A DNA stretch of 49,797 bases from Catajapyx aquilonaris (Eukaryota). A model generated the notes under the pieces. It saw nothing but the letters and a program-made list of their open reading frames with translations, searched no databases and was not told where the DNA came from. Position 1 is the first letter of the stretch, and every line of letters begins with the position of its first letter. The stretch covers positions 1-49,797 of the forward strand of contig JYFJ02002866.1 in assembly GCA_000934665.2 (NCBI GenBank). The letters are read 5' to 3'. This document shows positions 36,435 to 49,165 of this stretch, piece after piece. The position numbers and the translations under genes were made by a program.

Positions 36435-39400
36435 AACTGGAAGGCACCACCACCACCATCACGAGCCCGGTCCCTCAGGCCCAAGACCTGGTCCTTCACA
36501 TCTGCCAGGAACAGGGAGTTCCTCGCGGCATACGTGAGGGACGTGTTTGGTCACCTGGAGGAAGTGAAGGCGGGCATCACCTCCATCTACGGCCGGATTA
36601 TCAAAGTGGATTCCACAAAGAAGACGTGCCGGAAGCTGCAGCAGAGCAGAGCAAGCAGGGGCAGCAAGCAGGACCGTTGTAAGTAATCAGTCTGCTGGAA
36701 TACACAGAAAATAATAAGAGACAATTGGTAATGTGAAGAACTCATCAATGCATGGTGCGTGTTTCATGGATCACTGTTATGAGTAATGGAAAGTTGAAAT
36801 TGCTGTGTTTTCAAAGCTAGCATGGTCAGTGTGACAACTGATGAGGTTTTGTGGTGGTTTATTGTCCAGTCAGTAACTCATAAATGGTAATTTTGAAATC
36901 AAATTAAAATGCAGCAGGTGACTTGAATTTACTAGTGATCCTCTGCTGTGTAATTTTTTTATGAGTCAATATTGTATTTACAACATTGCTGCAGGTGGTA
37001 CAGTCAATGAATTGACTTGGAAACAAAAAAAAGTAACATTTGCTGACCTTCAAGTGGTATTTCCCTTTGCATGTGAAGCCACCAGCACCATCAGCGAGGC
37101 AGTTGGCCCACTGGTGTAGCGCGAATGCCAAAGAGAGTGTTTGCCCCAAATCTCCCAGGGGCCAGATCAGCAGCAACGTTGCCACCTGCCCCAAATGCAG
37201 GGCAGGGCAGTGAAAGGGGAAATTGGTGGACAACCTTGTGAACTGGCACCACCCGCCAGAGCCCCGAGTCGTCGGCATTCCCATCCCAGCGGCGTACTTC
37301 CGGCGGCGGCTGTTCTTGTGGGCACCTAAGAGGATGTGGGGCCTGCCCCTGCAGTGCCCTCAGTGTCGGAGAGAGTTGCAGCTGAAGGGGCTCTACAACC
37401 ACATCAGGGTAGTCCTTGACATTAGGGATACCTATTATCTGGTCGGGGACTACCATAGATATAGATGCGACTCCTGCAACCTGACACTGAGGGCCTGGGA
37501 CGACCGGGTGATGGCCCAGGTGCCCGAGGACCTCAGGGTCCGGTTCCCGGCAGTCCTCACCCACAAATACGCCTGCGACCGTGCCGTGGTCAGCCTGCTC
37601 CAGCAGCGGACCTTGGGCAACAGCCCCACGGCCCTCGGCAAGCAACTGGACAGGCTGCACCAGGAGGAGGGGGCACGGAAACACCTGGCCTACCTGGGGC
37701 AGTTGGAGAGGGCCAGGTCAGGGGCGAGGAGGTACTTCGGGGCAGGTGTGAAAGCTGCTTCACATCCCCCCGTCATGGTCACTCTACCAACTGCGAAGTG
37801 GTTCCTCGCAGCATACGTGAGGGACGTGTTTGGTCGCGGGCATCACCTCCATTTACGGCCGGATCATAAAAGTGGATTCCACGAAGAAGACGTGCCGAAA
37901 GCTGCAGGGGGAGATGGCGGGAACTGCAGCATGGCTGACCTCCGTGGGGAATCAGCGTGGAGAGGTGCTGGCCAGCGTCCTCACCACCTCCGAGGCGAGT
38001 GACGCCCTGCAGGAGCTGGCCAGTGGCCTGGTGCGGCGGTTCCGGGAGGCTGGACAGGAGCCTCCACAAGCTCTCTACACGGACCGGGACTGCTGCAATC
38101 CCCACGGAGTGTCGAAGTATGCAGTTCTCTTCAAGGACTGGAGGCGCCTGCAGGTGAGACTGGGGGCAACATTAGGATAAGTAGCGCATGCAATTCCAAG
38201 CATCTCTCAATTCGCTCACTTGTGTTACAGTTGGGTTTTGCAACCCCTATCTTGATGAGTCCAAGAGTATTAGTCTTGCCACATATTGGGCAAAACAAGC
38301 TGACTTTGCTTGTGCAATAGGAGGGTTTCCTCATATTGTCATGCACAGTCCAGTAGAGTAACTTCTCAACAAGAAGACAGTTCCTGGGCGCGGCCTAGGG
38401 CTCACAAATCGGCATGTAACTGCTCGTGTGGGCACATTGCCTGTGTAGAGACAACGCGCAATTTATTCGCATTTGGATGTGTACTGATAGCAGTAATTGA
38501 CGTTGTACATAACTATTTTGGGAAGTCATATTGTAAATATTCACTGGATTAAAACTTCAATTTATAACACCCACCAAAGATTATTTGAACCTGCTGAATC
38601 ACTCCCCCACTCCCGAATGCAACACTTGCTCACCCTCCCTCCTTTGGGTTGCAGGTGCGGTTGGACTCCTGGCATTTCATGCGGCGCTTGGCAGCTGGTG
38701 TCACGACGGAGTCACACCCCCTGTATGGCGCCTTCATGAAGCAGCTTTCCGGCGCCATCTTCGAGTGGGACCACCAAGATGTGGCAAACCTGGTGGCGGC
38801 CAAGGTTGCCAGGCTCGTGGACGCTGGGGTCGACGAGTCCCAGGTGGACAAGGCCGCCATCAGGCAGAAGCTGCCACTTAAGGAAATGTCCAGGCACTGC
38901 CGGAAGAGCACCTGGGGTGTCGATGAGACCCTGATGAGACCATCAAGGCCATCAGCGATCTGCTCCGGCGGTTCGGGGGCATGACCGACACCCTGGGTGT
39001 TCCCGTCCTGAGGCCAGAGGTGTGGGACATCTGGAGGGAGCAACAGCGGCATGTTGCTTGCCTCCAGGACCCAGTGGGAGTCAGCCTCTACAAGCGCCTC
39101 GGGTCGGAGAACAAAGGCGGTGCCCGGACGCCTGTGCCTCTCCCCGTCTTCAGGTGTGGCAGGGGTACCACGTCCCTGGAATCCTTCCATGCGCATTTGG
39201 TGCGCTTCATTCCAGGGACGTCTGCAGGTGGAGTTAACTTCCAGGTGAGAAAGGGGTTGGAATCACTTCCTCATGGTCTCTCTCTCGCTCTCTCTCTATT
39301 TGGGTGATGCTAACACTCTCTCTTTTAGGCCTACTTGCTGGATGGCCTGTCGCAGTGGAATCGCGACAGGGCTGCTGCAGCAGTGGACCGGGCGGTGCCT

Positions 39401-40594
39401 GCCAGCCTCGCCTCCAGGCGACTCCAGCAACTCGTTAACAGGCTGTCTACAACTCAGCTGGGGGTTTCCCCTGTACCCTGGGTACCAACCCCTGAGTACA
39501 TACACTGGGGAGGTCTTGGGGGTGGAATACCTCCTTAAGCAGTGTGGTCGGGAGGCCATGCCCAAGGGAGACGCCCTGGTGACTGCAATCGAGAGAGAGC
39601 TGGAGGAGTCCGGGGAGGATGAGGTGGCAGAGGAAGAGAGGGAGGCCTTGGCCACGGCCATGGAAAGGGAGCTGGAGGAGTGTGAGTCGGGTGTGGTAGA
39701 GAGGGGGAGGCCTCGCGGCTTGACGGACCCGGCGAGGACGAGTCTGGCTCCCTGGGCCTCCTGCCGCCCTGCCCAGACCTGCCTCCACCTGGTGATGCAG
39801 GCCAAGTGGTGAGTTGTTGTGGAGAGCGACAGGAATTGGCACCAGTTGCTACACAGTGAGAAGGGTAGGACACTCACCAATTGCTTCCATTTCCAGGCAG
39901 AAGAGCTCGCGGGAGGTGATGAAGAGGTGGCGGAGGAAGAGCCTGCTCCAGGTGATGGGGCAGACCCAGCCGTGGATGCTGGAGGCACTCCAGGCATAGA
40001 GCAGGTGGAGGCTCTGGCCACTGCATTCCTGGAAGTCAGTGGTTCCATCTCCCTGTCCCATGCCCAGCACCTCAAGGACCTCTTCGGCATGCTGAGCCCT
40101 CATGACCAGATGCCCATCAAGTATGTTCCCAGGACTCACGGCACCCTGGCGGCCCCACCTGATGGTGCAGGGGCTCTTCCCTCTGGCTCGGGGGGGGAGA
40201 TTCTTCGCCAGGAAAAAAGGCTCCTTCAGCAGCCTTGAACTGGTAAAGAAGTAAGTGAGATTCATTTAGGTAGGGACTATCACACCTGGATCAGGACTCA
40301 CCATCTGTGCGCTTTCTTCCCCCTGCAGAGCGTTTACGTCTGGAAGGACTTCTGCCACCCACCCCAGCTGCAGCCGACTGGTGGAGGCTGTGGTGCGCAG
40401 GCTGGCCCAGAAGCACCCGCATGACGCTCAGGTCCAGGGCAGGACTCGTACCCGGTGGTGGCTCATGGACCAGCCCTATGGATTGCTGCAAGGCTGGGTC
40501 CTCGAGTGCCCTGCTCTTAAGGGTTCGGGCATCGCCTTGCCCAACCTTAACGTGACCACCATTTCCGCTTGGTTCCGGGGCAGGGCGAGGTGGA
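36435..40594 (+). pseudogene. Divergent, disrupted copy of the DUF6729-like gene
   Basis: Colinear homology to 43790-48590 including introns; YFRRRLFLWAPKRMW, KVDSTKK, LYTDRDCC, RLDSWHFMRR, GTTSLESFH present. Frameshifts near 37835, 38930-38980 and 39466; internal deletions; ~400-bp intron insertion. Confidence 0.92.
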
Positions 40595-41880
40595 CCCACC
40601 TCTCCATCCCAAGTTTGTGACGCATGTCTTTGCTTTCTGTCGACAGGGTCAGCCCTGTTCCAACCCCAGCGCAGGGGTCTCGGCGGCGCCACGACGGCAA
40701 GGCAGCGAGCAGGTAGAACGGTAGCTCTCAAGCCGCAGTGTCTGAAACTCATTTGTCCCATTATGTCCACAGGCCACTGCTGTTGCCACTGGAGTTGATG
40801 ATGGTCCCTCCCCTACTGGAGGTGAATTTGATGAGCCACCAGTGCAGGTAACTAGAGTGTTGAAAGGTTGCCAGTTTCAAGTGCAGTTTCGTAACTCATA
40901 TATATATATATATTCCATAGCAGATGGTTGTAGCTGCTTCTGCTCCAATTCCTCCTCCTCCTCCTCCTCGCTCTGGAGTCGAACCAGGACGAGGCAATGA
41001 GCAGGTGAGATGGTCGTCCTTAATTTTCAATGTGGCTTGCATGCTTCAATTTTGGAACTTGTCCCCATTACGTCCAAAGGACACCGGTGTTGTGCTACCC
41101 CACCTCTGACAGATATGATTCCCAGTACGGTACTCACAATAGTTATTTCCTCTGTGGCAGGCTACACAACTGAGGCAACCCAGGCAGACCAGCGCCGAGT
41201 TTGTTCCGGAGGGATGGGCGGAGGGGATGCCGCAGGACGACCGGGAGTTCTATGGAACTCTCCTGTACCAGGCCAAGGGCGTCCTGCGGGAGAACCTCCG
41301 CAACTGGTACCACCCTCCGGAGCCCCGGGTCAGCGGGATGCCAGCCCCCGCCGCCTATTTCAGGAGGCGCCTCTTCCTGTGGGCACCGAAGAGGATGTGG
41401 GGCCTGGCCCTGAAGTGCCCTCAGTGTCGGGGAGACCTGCAGCAGAAGGGGCTGTACAATCACGTCCGAGTAGTCCTCGACATGACAGATACGTACTATC
41501 TGGTCGGGGACTACTACGGCTGCAGGCGGTGCAACCTGACGCTGAGGGCCTGGGACGACAGGGTCATGGCCCAGGTGCCGGAGGACCTGATGGTGCGGTT
41601 CCCGGCGGTCCTGACGTACCGTTACGCCTGCGACCGGGCGGTGGTCAGCCTGCTCCAGCAGCGGACCCTGGGCAACAGCCCCACGGCCCTCTGCAGGCAG
41701 CTGGACAGGCTGCACCAGGAGGAGTGGGCCCGGAAGCAGGTGGCCTACCTGGGCCAGGTGGAGCGGTACTGGTCGGGGGTCAGGGCCAAGTTCCTCGGGG
41801 CAGGCGTGCCCTCTGCGCGGCCTGTCCCCGTCATGGTGCCCCTGCCCACCGCCAAGTGGTTCCTGCGGGGGCGTACGTCC
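40595..41880 (+). pseudogene. Near-identical partial duplicate of 44917-46197
   Basis: Matches 44917-46197 almost base for base across exons and introns, and breaks off at ...gcgtacgtcc. Confidence 0.93.
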
Positions 41881-42381
41881 GAGATGAAATGCACAAAAAT
41901 GTACTATAGCATTTCCTACAATGCCAAACACAACATGCACAGCCCTATACGTAGCGTGACATGACCATACTTTTAGTAACTTACCATATAATTTGGAAAA
42001 TAATATCAGTACTGTATATTAGAAGATAAACTCGGCATTCACTCGGCATTTGTATCAAATGAAATCATTATTGAGACTGTTACGCATATTTAGTAATTTT
42101 CCCTTCACTTAAAAGGCGACAGAGAGGATTAATGAGTTGTTGACTTTTTCATTTTTTTTTTTTTTTCATTTTTGTCATTTTTTTTCTTTTCTCGGCAATG
42201 GGCATACTGCACCAGAGGAAAATTTACTGGCGATATTACAGCGAGTACTCCATATTTTGCAGAGTGGAATAGTGTCCTATAAAATTGATATTAATGCAGC
42301 GGATGGCAATTTTTAAAATGCGCGCGTTCAATGGCACGGCGGTTCATCGGTATTGAAATGGTACATTTCTTCGCAAATGCG

Positions 42382-42794
42382 GTAAGAGCAGCGAAATTTC
42401 CTTGCAAATTAGTGTGCAATTGAAAATGTGGTTGTCCATATGCAGGATAGCCTCGTAATAGCGGAACCAGAAGGGCTTGGAAATTGTCGAGAGGAAATGT
42501 TTCCCAGTGTTTCAATGTTCCTTCTGCCAAATGAGAAAGACAAAATGGCGGCTTCTTCTTCCGACAGCAGATTGTCGTCGTAGGCCGTAAGAGCAGCGAA
42601 ATTTCCTTGCAAATTAGTGTGCAATTGAAAATGTGGTCGTCTATGTGCAGGATAGACTCGTAGTAGCGGTGCCAGAAGGGCTTGGAAATTGTCGAGAGGA
42701 AATGTTCCCCAGTGTTTCAATGTTCCTTCTGCCAAATGGGAAATGCAAAATGGCGGCTTCTTCCTCCGACACCAGATAGTCCAAGTAGGCCGTA
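42382..42794 (+). repeat. 205-bp tandem duplication (2 units)
   Basis: gtaagagcagcgaaatttccttgcaaattagtgtgc starts at 42382 and 42587; each unit contains caaaatggcggc (YY1-like). Confidence 0.9.
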
Positions 42795-43408
42795 AAACGT
42801 CTCAACGTGTTACAGACGGTAAGTGCTAATTGCAGTTGATTAATAATGACGTGTACGTACCACTGGGAGCAGTAGCAACAGAAGATTGGAAAATGTTCAT
42901 GAATCATGGGCTATTGGGAAATGGGCAAGGTCAAAGGGATAAGCCCCTTTTCACACTGTCCCTTTCTCTGGCCATCCAAGTGCTATTTCTGCACCCCAGC
43001 TCCAGGCAGAAATTGGACTTACAGATAAGACCCAGGAAGGTGCAGCTGGTTTGGATTTACAGTGGGTAGTACCCAATGGGATAAATGCCTTTGGCCAATG
43101 GGAGAGACCCCCAGTTGGTGATTTAATAGGTGTTATAGTACAAGACCAGCCTCCTTTTTCCAGCAGTCTCAGTCCGGTCTCTGGACAGTGGAAGAGGCCA
43201 GCCTTCAGCCTTCTCAGTGCAGCATCAGCAGCAGCAGCAGGAGGAGGAGGAGGAGGATACAACTGTATAGCCTATACTCCCTACTGTGTCAGTTATCCTT
43301 TTACTTCCTGCAGTCCGGAAGCTGCAGACCCTTGAGTGAACCAGCTCATCTCTATTGTTTGGTTCCCCCGTGCCAACAGTTGATCAGGTTAGTTTTAATT
43401 GCAGAGAG

Positions 43409-46400
43409 ATGCCCAAGAAAGGACCATCGCCAGGGCAGTGGAGGGAGAAGCTGCTGGCATTTGCCAACCAAGGCTACAGGTTTGGCCAGGGCGAGTGGCC
43501 AGGCAGGAACACGCCGCAGAGGAGGGAGCTGGACAAAATCCGGAACTGCCCAAAACACCTGGCACGTGGGGTGCAAGGACTGTTTGGGCAGACCCGCGAC
43601 TGCAATTGTGGGTACCACAATGTAAGTAATCCGATCTTATCAGGTGGAATATCAGCAAAAAGGTAATGAGTAATTAGGAGAAATTCTGCGATGCATGTGA
43701 TGACTTTTCTTTATAGATAGTTGACTGCTACAATGCATTAAAGGTACATTAAATCGTTGAGAATAAATTCCTAATGTGGTATTTCCATTCTCAACTGGAA
43801 GGCACCACCATCAGCACGGCCTGGTCCCTCAGGCCTGCAAGCCAGTGGGAGTACTGCAGCAGCGGAAGCAGTACCACCACCACCACCACCATCGTCGGCA
43901 CGAGCCGGTCCCTCGGGCCAAAGATCTGGTCCTTCAGCAAGTGGGACCACTGCAGCTGCAGCAGCAGCAGCAGCACCACCACCACCACCACAAGCTGTGG
44001 GGTCAACAGGGGAAGCAAGCAGGACCATTGTAAGTAATCAGTCTGCTGGAATACACAGAAAATAATAAGAGAAGAACTCTTCAACGCATGGTCCATGTTT
44101 CATGGATCACTGTAACAAGTCATGTAGAGTTGAAATATAGCTGTTTGTTTACAGCTTGCATGGTTAACGTGACAACTCTGAAGATGTTTTGTGGTGGATT
44201 ATCGTCCAGTCAGTAACTCATACATGGGAATTTTGAAATATAATTTAAAGTAATTTGCTAGGGATCCTCTGTTGTGTAATTTTCAAACGAGGCAATTTTG
44301 TAATTACAACATTGCTGCAGGTGGTACAGTTAATGAATAGACTTGGAAACAAAAAAGGTAACATTTGCTGACCTGGTCATATTTCCATTTGCATGTGAAG
44401 CCTCCAGCACCACCAGCACCATCAACGAGGCAGTTGGCCCATTGGGCTGTGGCCAGGCCAGGTCCAGCCAGGATTCCTGGGAGGGTGTTTGCCCCAAATC
44501 TGACTGGGGCAAGGTCGGCAGCACCGTTGCCACCCATCCCCACCGCAGGGCAGGGCAGTGAGCAGGTAAAGTGGTCATCTTTAAGTTTCAGTTCCCTTTT
44601 GTGCTGCAGTCCAGAAAACTCACTTGCCCCGTTGCATCTATACAGGGCACTCCCTCACCTACAGATGAAGAAGAAGAGCTTGCATCTCATCAGCCAGCTG
44701 TGGAGGTAAAAAGTGTTGAAAGGTTGCGAGTTTCACGTGCAGTTATGTACTCACAAATTTATTCGATAGCAGATGACTGTCCCGTCTGTGGCTGCTGCTG
44801 CCCCTCCTCCTCCTCCTCTTACGCAACCCAGGCAGCAGGGAGCTGCACAGGCTGTCGGACCGCCCAGACTCCAGGCATCCAGACAGGGAGGAGTTGGACA
44901 GGTCGGTACTTTTCCCCCACCTCTCCATCCCAAGTTTGTGACGCATGTCTTTGCTTTCTGTCGACAGGGTCAGCCCCGTTCCAACCCCACCGCAGGGGTC
45001 TCGGCGGCGCCACAACGGCAAGGCAGCGAACAGGTAGAACGGTAGCTCTCAAGCCGCAGTGTCTGAAACTCATTTGTCCCATTATGTCCACAGGCCACTG
45101 CTGTTGCCACTGGAGTTGATGATGGTCCCTCCCCTACTGGAGGTGAATTGGATGAGCCACAAGTGCAGGTAACTAGAGTGTTGAAAGGTTGCCAGTTTCA
45201 AGTGCAGTTTCGTAACTCACATATATATATATTCCATAGCAGATGGTTGTAGCTGCTTCTGCTCCAATTCCTCCTCCTCCTCCTCGCTCTGGAGTCGAAC
45301 CAGGACGAGGCAATGAGCAGGTGAGATGGTCGTCCTTAATTTTCAATGTGGCTTGCATGCTTCAATTTTGGACACCCACTTGTCCCCATTACGTCCAAAG
45401 GACACCGGTGTTGTGCTACCCCACCTCTGACAGATGATTCCCAGTACGGTACTCACAAGAGTTATTTCCTCTGTGGCAGGCTACACAACTGAAGGCACCC
45501 AGGCAGACCAGCGCCGAGTTTGTTCCGGAGGGATGGGCGGAGGGGATGCCGCAGGACGACCGGGAGTTCTATGGAACTCTCCTGTACCAGGCCAAGGGCG
45601 TCCTGCGGGAGAACCTCCGCAACTGCTACCACCCTCCAGAGCCCCGGGTCAGCGGGATGCCAGCCCCCGCCGCCTATTTCAGGAGGCGCCTCTTCCTGTG
45701 GGCACCGAAGAGGATGTGGGGCCTGGCCCTGAAGTGCCCTCAGTGTCGGGGAGACCTGCAGCAGAAGGGGCTGTACAATCACGTCCGAGTAGTCCTCGAC
45801 ATGACAGATACGTACTATCTGGTCGGGGACTACTACGGCTGCAGGCGGTGCAACCTGACGCTGAGGGCCTGGGACGACAGGGTCATGGCCCAGGTGCCGG
45901 AGGACCTGATGGTGCGGTTCCCGGCGGTCCTGACGTACCGTTACGCCTGCGACCGGGCGGTGGTCAGCCTGCTCCAGCAGCGGACCCTGGGCAACAGCCC
46001 CACGGCCCTCTGCAGGCAGCTGGACAGGCTGCACCAGGAGGAGTGGGCCCGGAAGCAGGTGGCCTACCTGGGCCAGGTGGAGCGCTACTGGTCGGGGGTC
46101 AGGGCCAAGTTCCTCGGGGCAGGCGTGCCCTCTGCGCGGCCTGTCCCCGTCATGGTGCCCCTGCCCACCGCCAAGTGGTTCCTGGGGGCGTACGTCCGTG
46201 ACGTATTCAGCCGCTTGGTGGAGGTGAAGGCTGGGATCACCTCCACCTACGGCAAGATCATGAAGGTGGACTCCACAAAAAAGATCTGCCGGAAGCTGCA
46301 GGGGAAGATGGCGGGGAACGCTTCGTGGATGACCTCCGTGGGGAACGAGTGCGGAGAGGTGCTGGCCAGCGTCCTCACCACCTCGGAGTCGGGTGAGGCC

Positions 46401-49165
46401 CTGCAGGAGCTGGCCAGCGGCCTGGTGCGGCGGTTCCGGGAGGCCGGGGAGGAGCCTCCATCCGCACTCTACACGGACCGGGACTGCTGCAGCCCCCACG
46501 GAGAGTCCAAGTACGCGATCCTCTTCCGTGACTGGAAGGGCCTGCAGGTGAGGCCGGGGGCAGCATTAGGATAGGATGTTGCGCATGCAATTCCAAGCAT
46601 CCCTCATTCCCCTACTCACACCCTCTCCCTTCTCTGGTTGCAGGTGAGGTTGGACTCGTGGCACTTCATGCGGCGGTTGGCTGCAGGTGTCACCACCGAG
46701 TCCCACCCCCTGTACGGCGCCTTCATGCGGCAGCTCTCCGGCGCCATCTTTGAATGGGATGAGCGGGACGTGGCGAACCTGGTGGCGGCCAAGGTGTCCA
46801 GGCTGGTGGACGCTGGGGTCCCTGAGCCTGCGGTGGACAAGGCCGCCATCACGGGGAAGCTGTCGTGGAAGGAGCTGGCCAGGCACTGCCGGAGGAGCAC
46901 CCGGGGTGTGGAGCGGACCACCGCTGCCATTGGGGAGCTGCTGGACCAGTTTGGACAGGCCACAGACACCCTGGGTGTGCCCCTCCTCAGGCAGGAGGTC
47001 CAGGACATCTGGAGGGAGCAGCGGCAGCATGTTCCCTGCCTGCAGGACCCGGTGGGAACGGACCTGTACACCACGGTCAGGAAGGAGAACAAGGGCAGTG
47101 AGAGGAGGCCGGTTCACCTTCCGGTCCTGAGGTGTGGCAGGGGCACCACGTCCCTGGAGTCGTTCCATGCACATCTGGTGCGGTTCGTCCCAGGGATATC
47201 TGCAGGTGGTGTCAACTTCCAGGTGAGAAGGGGGTTGGAATCACTTCCTCATGGTCTCTCTCTCTCTCTATTTGGGTGATTCTAACAATCTCTCTTTCAG
47301 GCCTACTTGCTGGATGGCCTGTGCCAGTGGAACAGGGACAGGGCCGCAGCAAAGGTTGTCCGGCAGGACCCACCCAGCCTGGTCTCCAGGAGGCTGCAGC
47401 AGGTGGCCAACCGGCTGGCTCTGGCCCACCTGAATATCACCCTGTACGGCAATTACCAGCCACTGGGCCAGTACACTGGGGAGGCACTCGGGGTGGAGTA
47501 CCTCCTCAGGCAGTCGGGTGGTGCGGCCTTGCCGGAGGGTGACAGCCTGCTCCGGGAGATCGACAGGGAGCTGGACGAGTTCGAGGTGGGTGTGGTGGCG
47601 AATGAAGAGGGGGAGGCCTCGCCACTGGACGGACCCGCCGAGGACGAGTCTGGCTTCCTGGACCTGCTTCCGGCCTGCCCAAACCAGGGTCCATCTGCCG
47701 TAGCTGGTCGGGTGGTGAGTTGTCCTGTAAAGGACTTGGCACCAGTTGCTACGCAGTGAAAAGGGAAAGACACTCACCAATTGCTTCCATTTACAGGCGG
47801 ATGAGCCTGCTGTGGTCGCTGTGGAGCCTGCTGTGGTCGCTGTGGAGCCTGCTGTGGTCGCTGTGGAGCCTGCTGTGGTCGCTGTGGAGCCTGCTGTGGT
47901 CGTGGAGGGGCCTGCTGTGGTCGTGGAGGAGGAGGTCTTAGAGGAGGAGGACCCAGCTGTGGATGATGGTGGCACTCCTGGCTTGGAGCGGGTGGATGCT
48001 CTGGCTGCTGCTCTCTTGCTCGTGAGCGGCCCCATCTCCCAGTCCCACGCCCAGCAGCTGAGGGACCTCTTCGGCCAGCTCAGCCCCTTTGACAAGAGGC
48101 CCATATTGTACATTGCCCGGACCCACGGCACCCAGGAGGCCGCACCAGCTCCAGATGGTGCAGGGGCGGAGTCTCGTCCCTCCGGCTCGGGGGGGAGATT
48201 CTTTGCCCGACGGAAGAGCGGCTTTAGCAACATCGAACTCGTTCAGAAGTAAGTTAGATTCATTTAGGTAGGGACTATCACACAAAGATCAGGGCTCACC
48301 ATCTGTGCGCTTCTCTTCCCCCTGCAGAGCTTTTACTTCAGGACGGACATCAGCCACGAAACCAAACTGCTGCCGACTCGTGGAGGCCATTGTCAGTGGG
48401 CTGGCCCAGCGGCACCCTGACGATGCACGGGTCGGCGGCAGGTGTCGCAACCGGTGGTGGCTGATCAACCAGGATTATGCCACCATTCAAGGCAGGGTCC
48501 TTGAATGTGCGGGGTTGAGGGGTTCGGGCATCGCCTTGCCCAACCTGAATGTCACCACCATTGCCTCTTGGTATAGGGACAGGGCGAGGAGGAGGAAGAG
48601 GGACACCCTCTTGGAGGGCCACGCTCTCCCTGACCCTGTCCGCACCGCCTCAGCCCCGCTGCCTGCAGCCACCACCCGGCCCACGGAGCTGCCGCCACCA
48701 CCTCGGCAGCCCTTGGTGTTTCCGGAGGCCCCGGACACCGTGGGGACTGCCCGGACCAGGAAGAGGAGAGGAGGTCCTGTCCCAGCGCTGCCCCCACAGC
48801 TGGCTCCCACCTCCCAGCTCTTCATGATGACCCAGGATGGGGATCTGGTTCCCCAGCAACCAGGTGCCCACCCAGTTCTTGCTGCTGCCCCTCCTTCAGA
48901 CGGTCCTCCGGCACCCAAGATGTCAAAGACCACCAAGTGGAGGCGGAAGCAGAAGCTCAAGAAGTTGGTGGAGGCGTCTGGGTCGTCGGGTCCATCTGGG
49001 TCGGCTGCATCCCACATTATGAACGTTAGGATTTACGTGTGCTCCCTGTGCTCCTGGCCTGCACACCTGGAGACAGGGCACCGTAGGTTCCTAGGGCGTA
49101 TGTTCTGCCCCACTGTCCATGGCCCAGACTTTGCCGCCTGGAGGGAGAAGATGAAGGAGGGGTGA
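43409..49165 (+). CDS. DUF6729-like protein, putative Mutator-like DDE transposase, ~1454 aa, 13 exons
   Basis: Predicted exons 43409-43621, 43802-44029, 44401-44565, 44646-44705, 44773-44901, 44968-45033, 45094-45168, 45243-45320, 45480-46547, 46644-47222, 47301-47714, 47797-48248, 48328-49165; all GT-AG, one continuous frame. Motifs: CPQC..CRRC, RTLGNS, KVDSTKK, LYTDRDCC, RLDSWH, RGTTSLESFH, C-terminal CSLC..H..FCP. The small 5' exons are less certain than the core. Confidence 0.8.
47803..47928 (+). repeat. Coding 21-bp minisatellite (EPAVVAV)
   Basis: gagcctgctgtggtcgctgtg x4 perfect plus 2 variant units. Confidence 0.95.

Noticed and set aside
43776..44033. Poly-His/poly-Gln ORF
   Set aside because: Alternate frame of cac/cag repeats; splice phase supports the Pro/Ala-rich frame (43802-44029).
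45462..46499. Long antisense and alternate-frame ORFs over DUF6729-like exons (also 41143-41940, 47268-48233, 39296-40090)
   Set aside because: Shadow ORFs expected from GC-rich codons; conserved motifs and splice sites are all in the plus frame.
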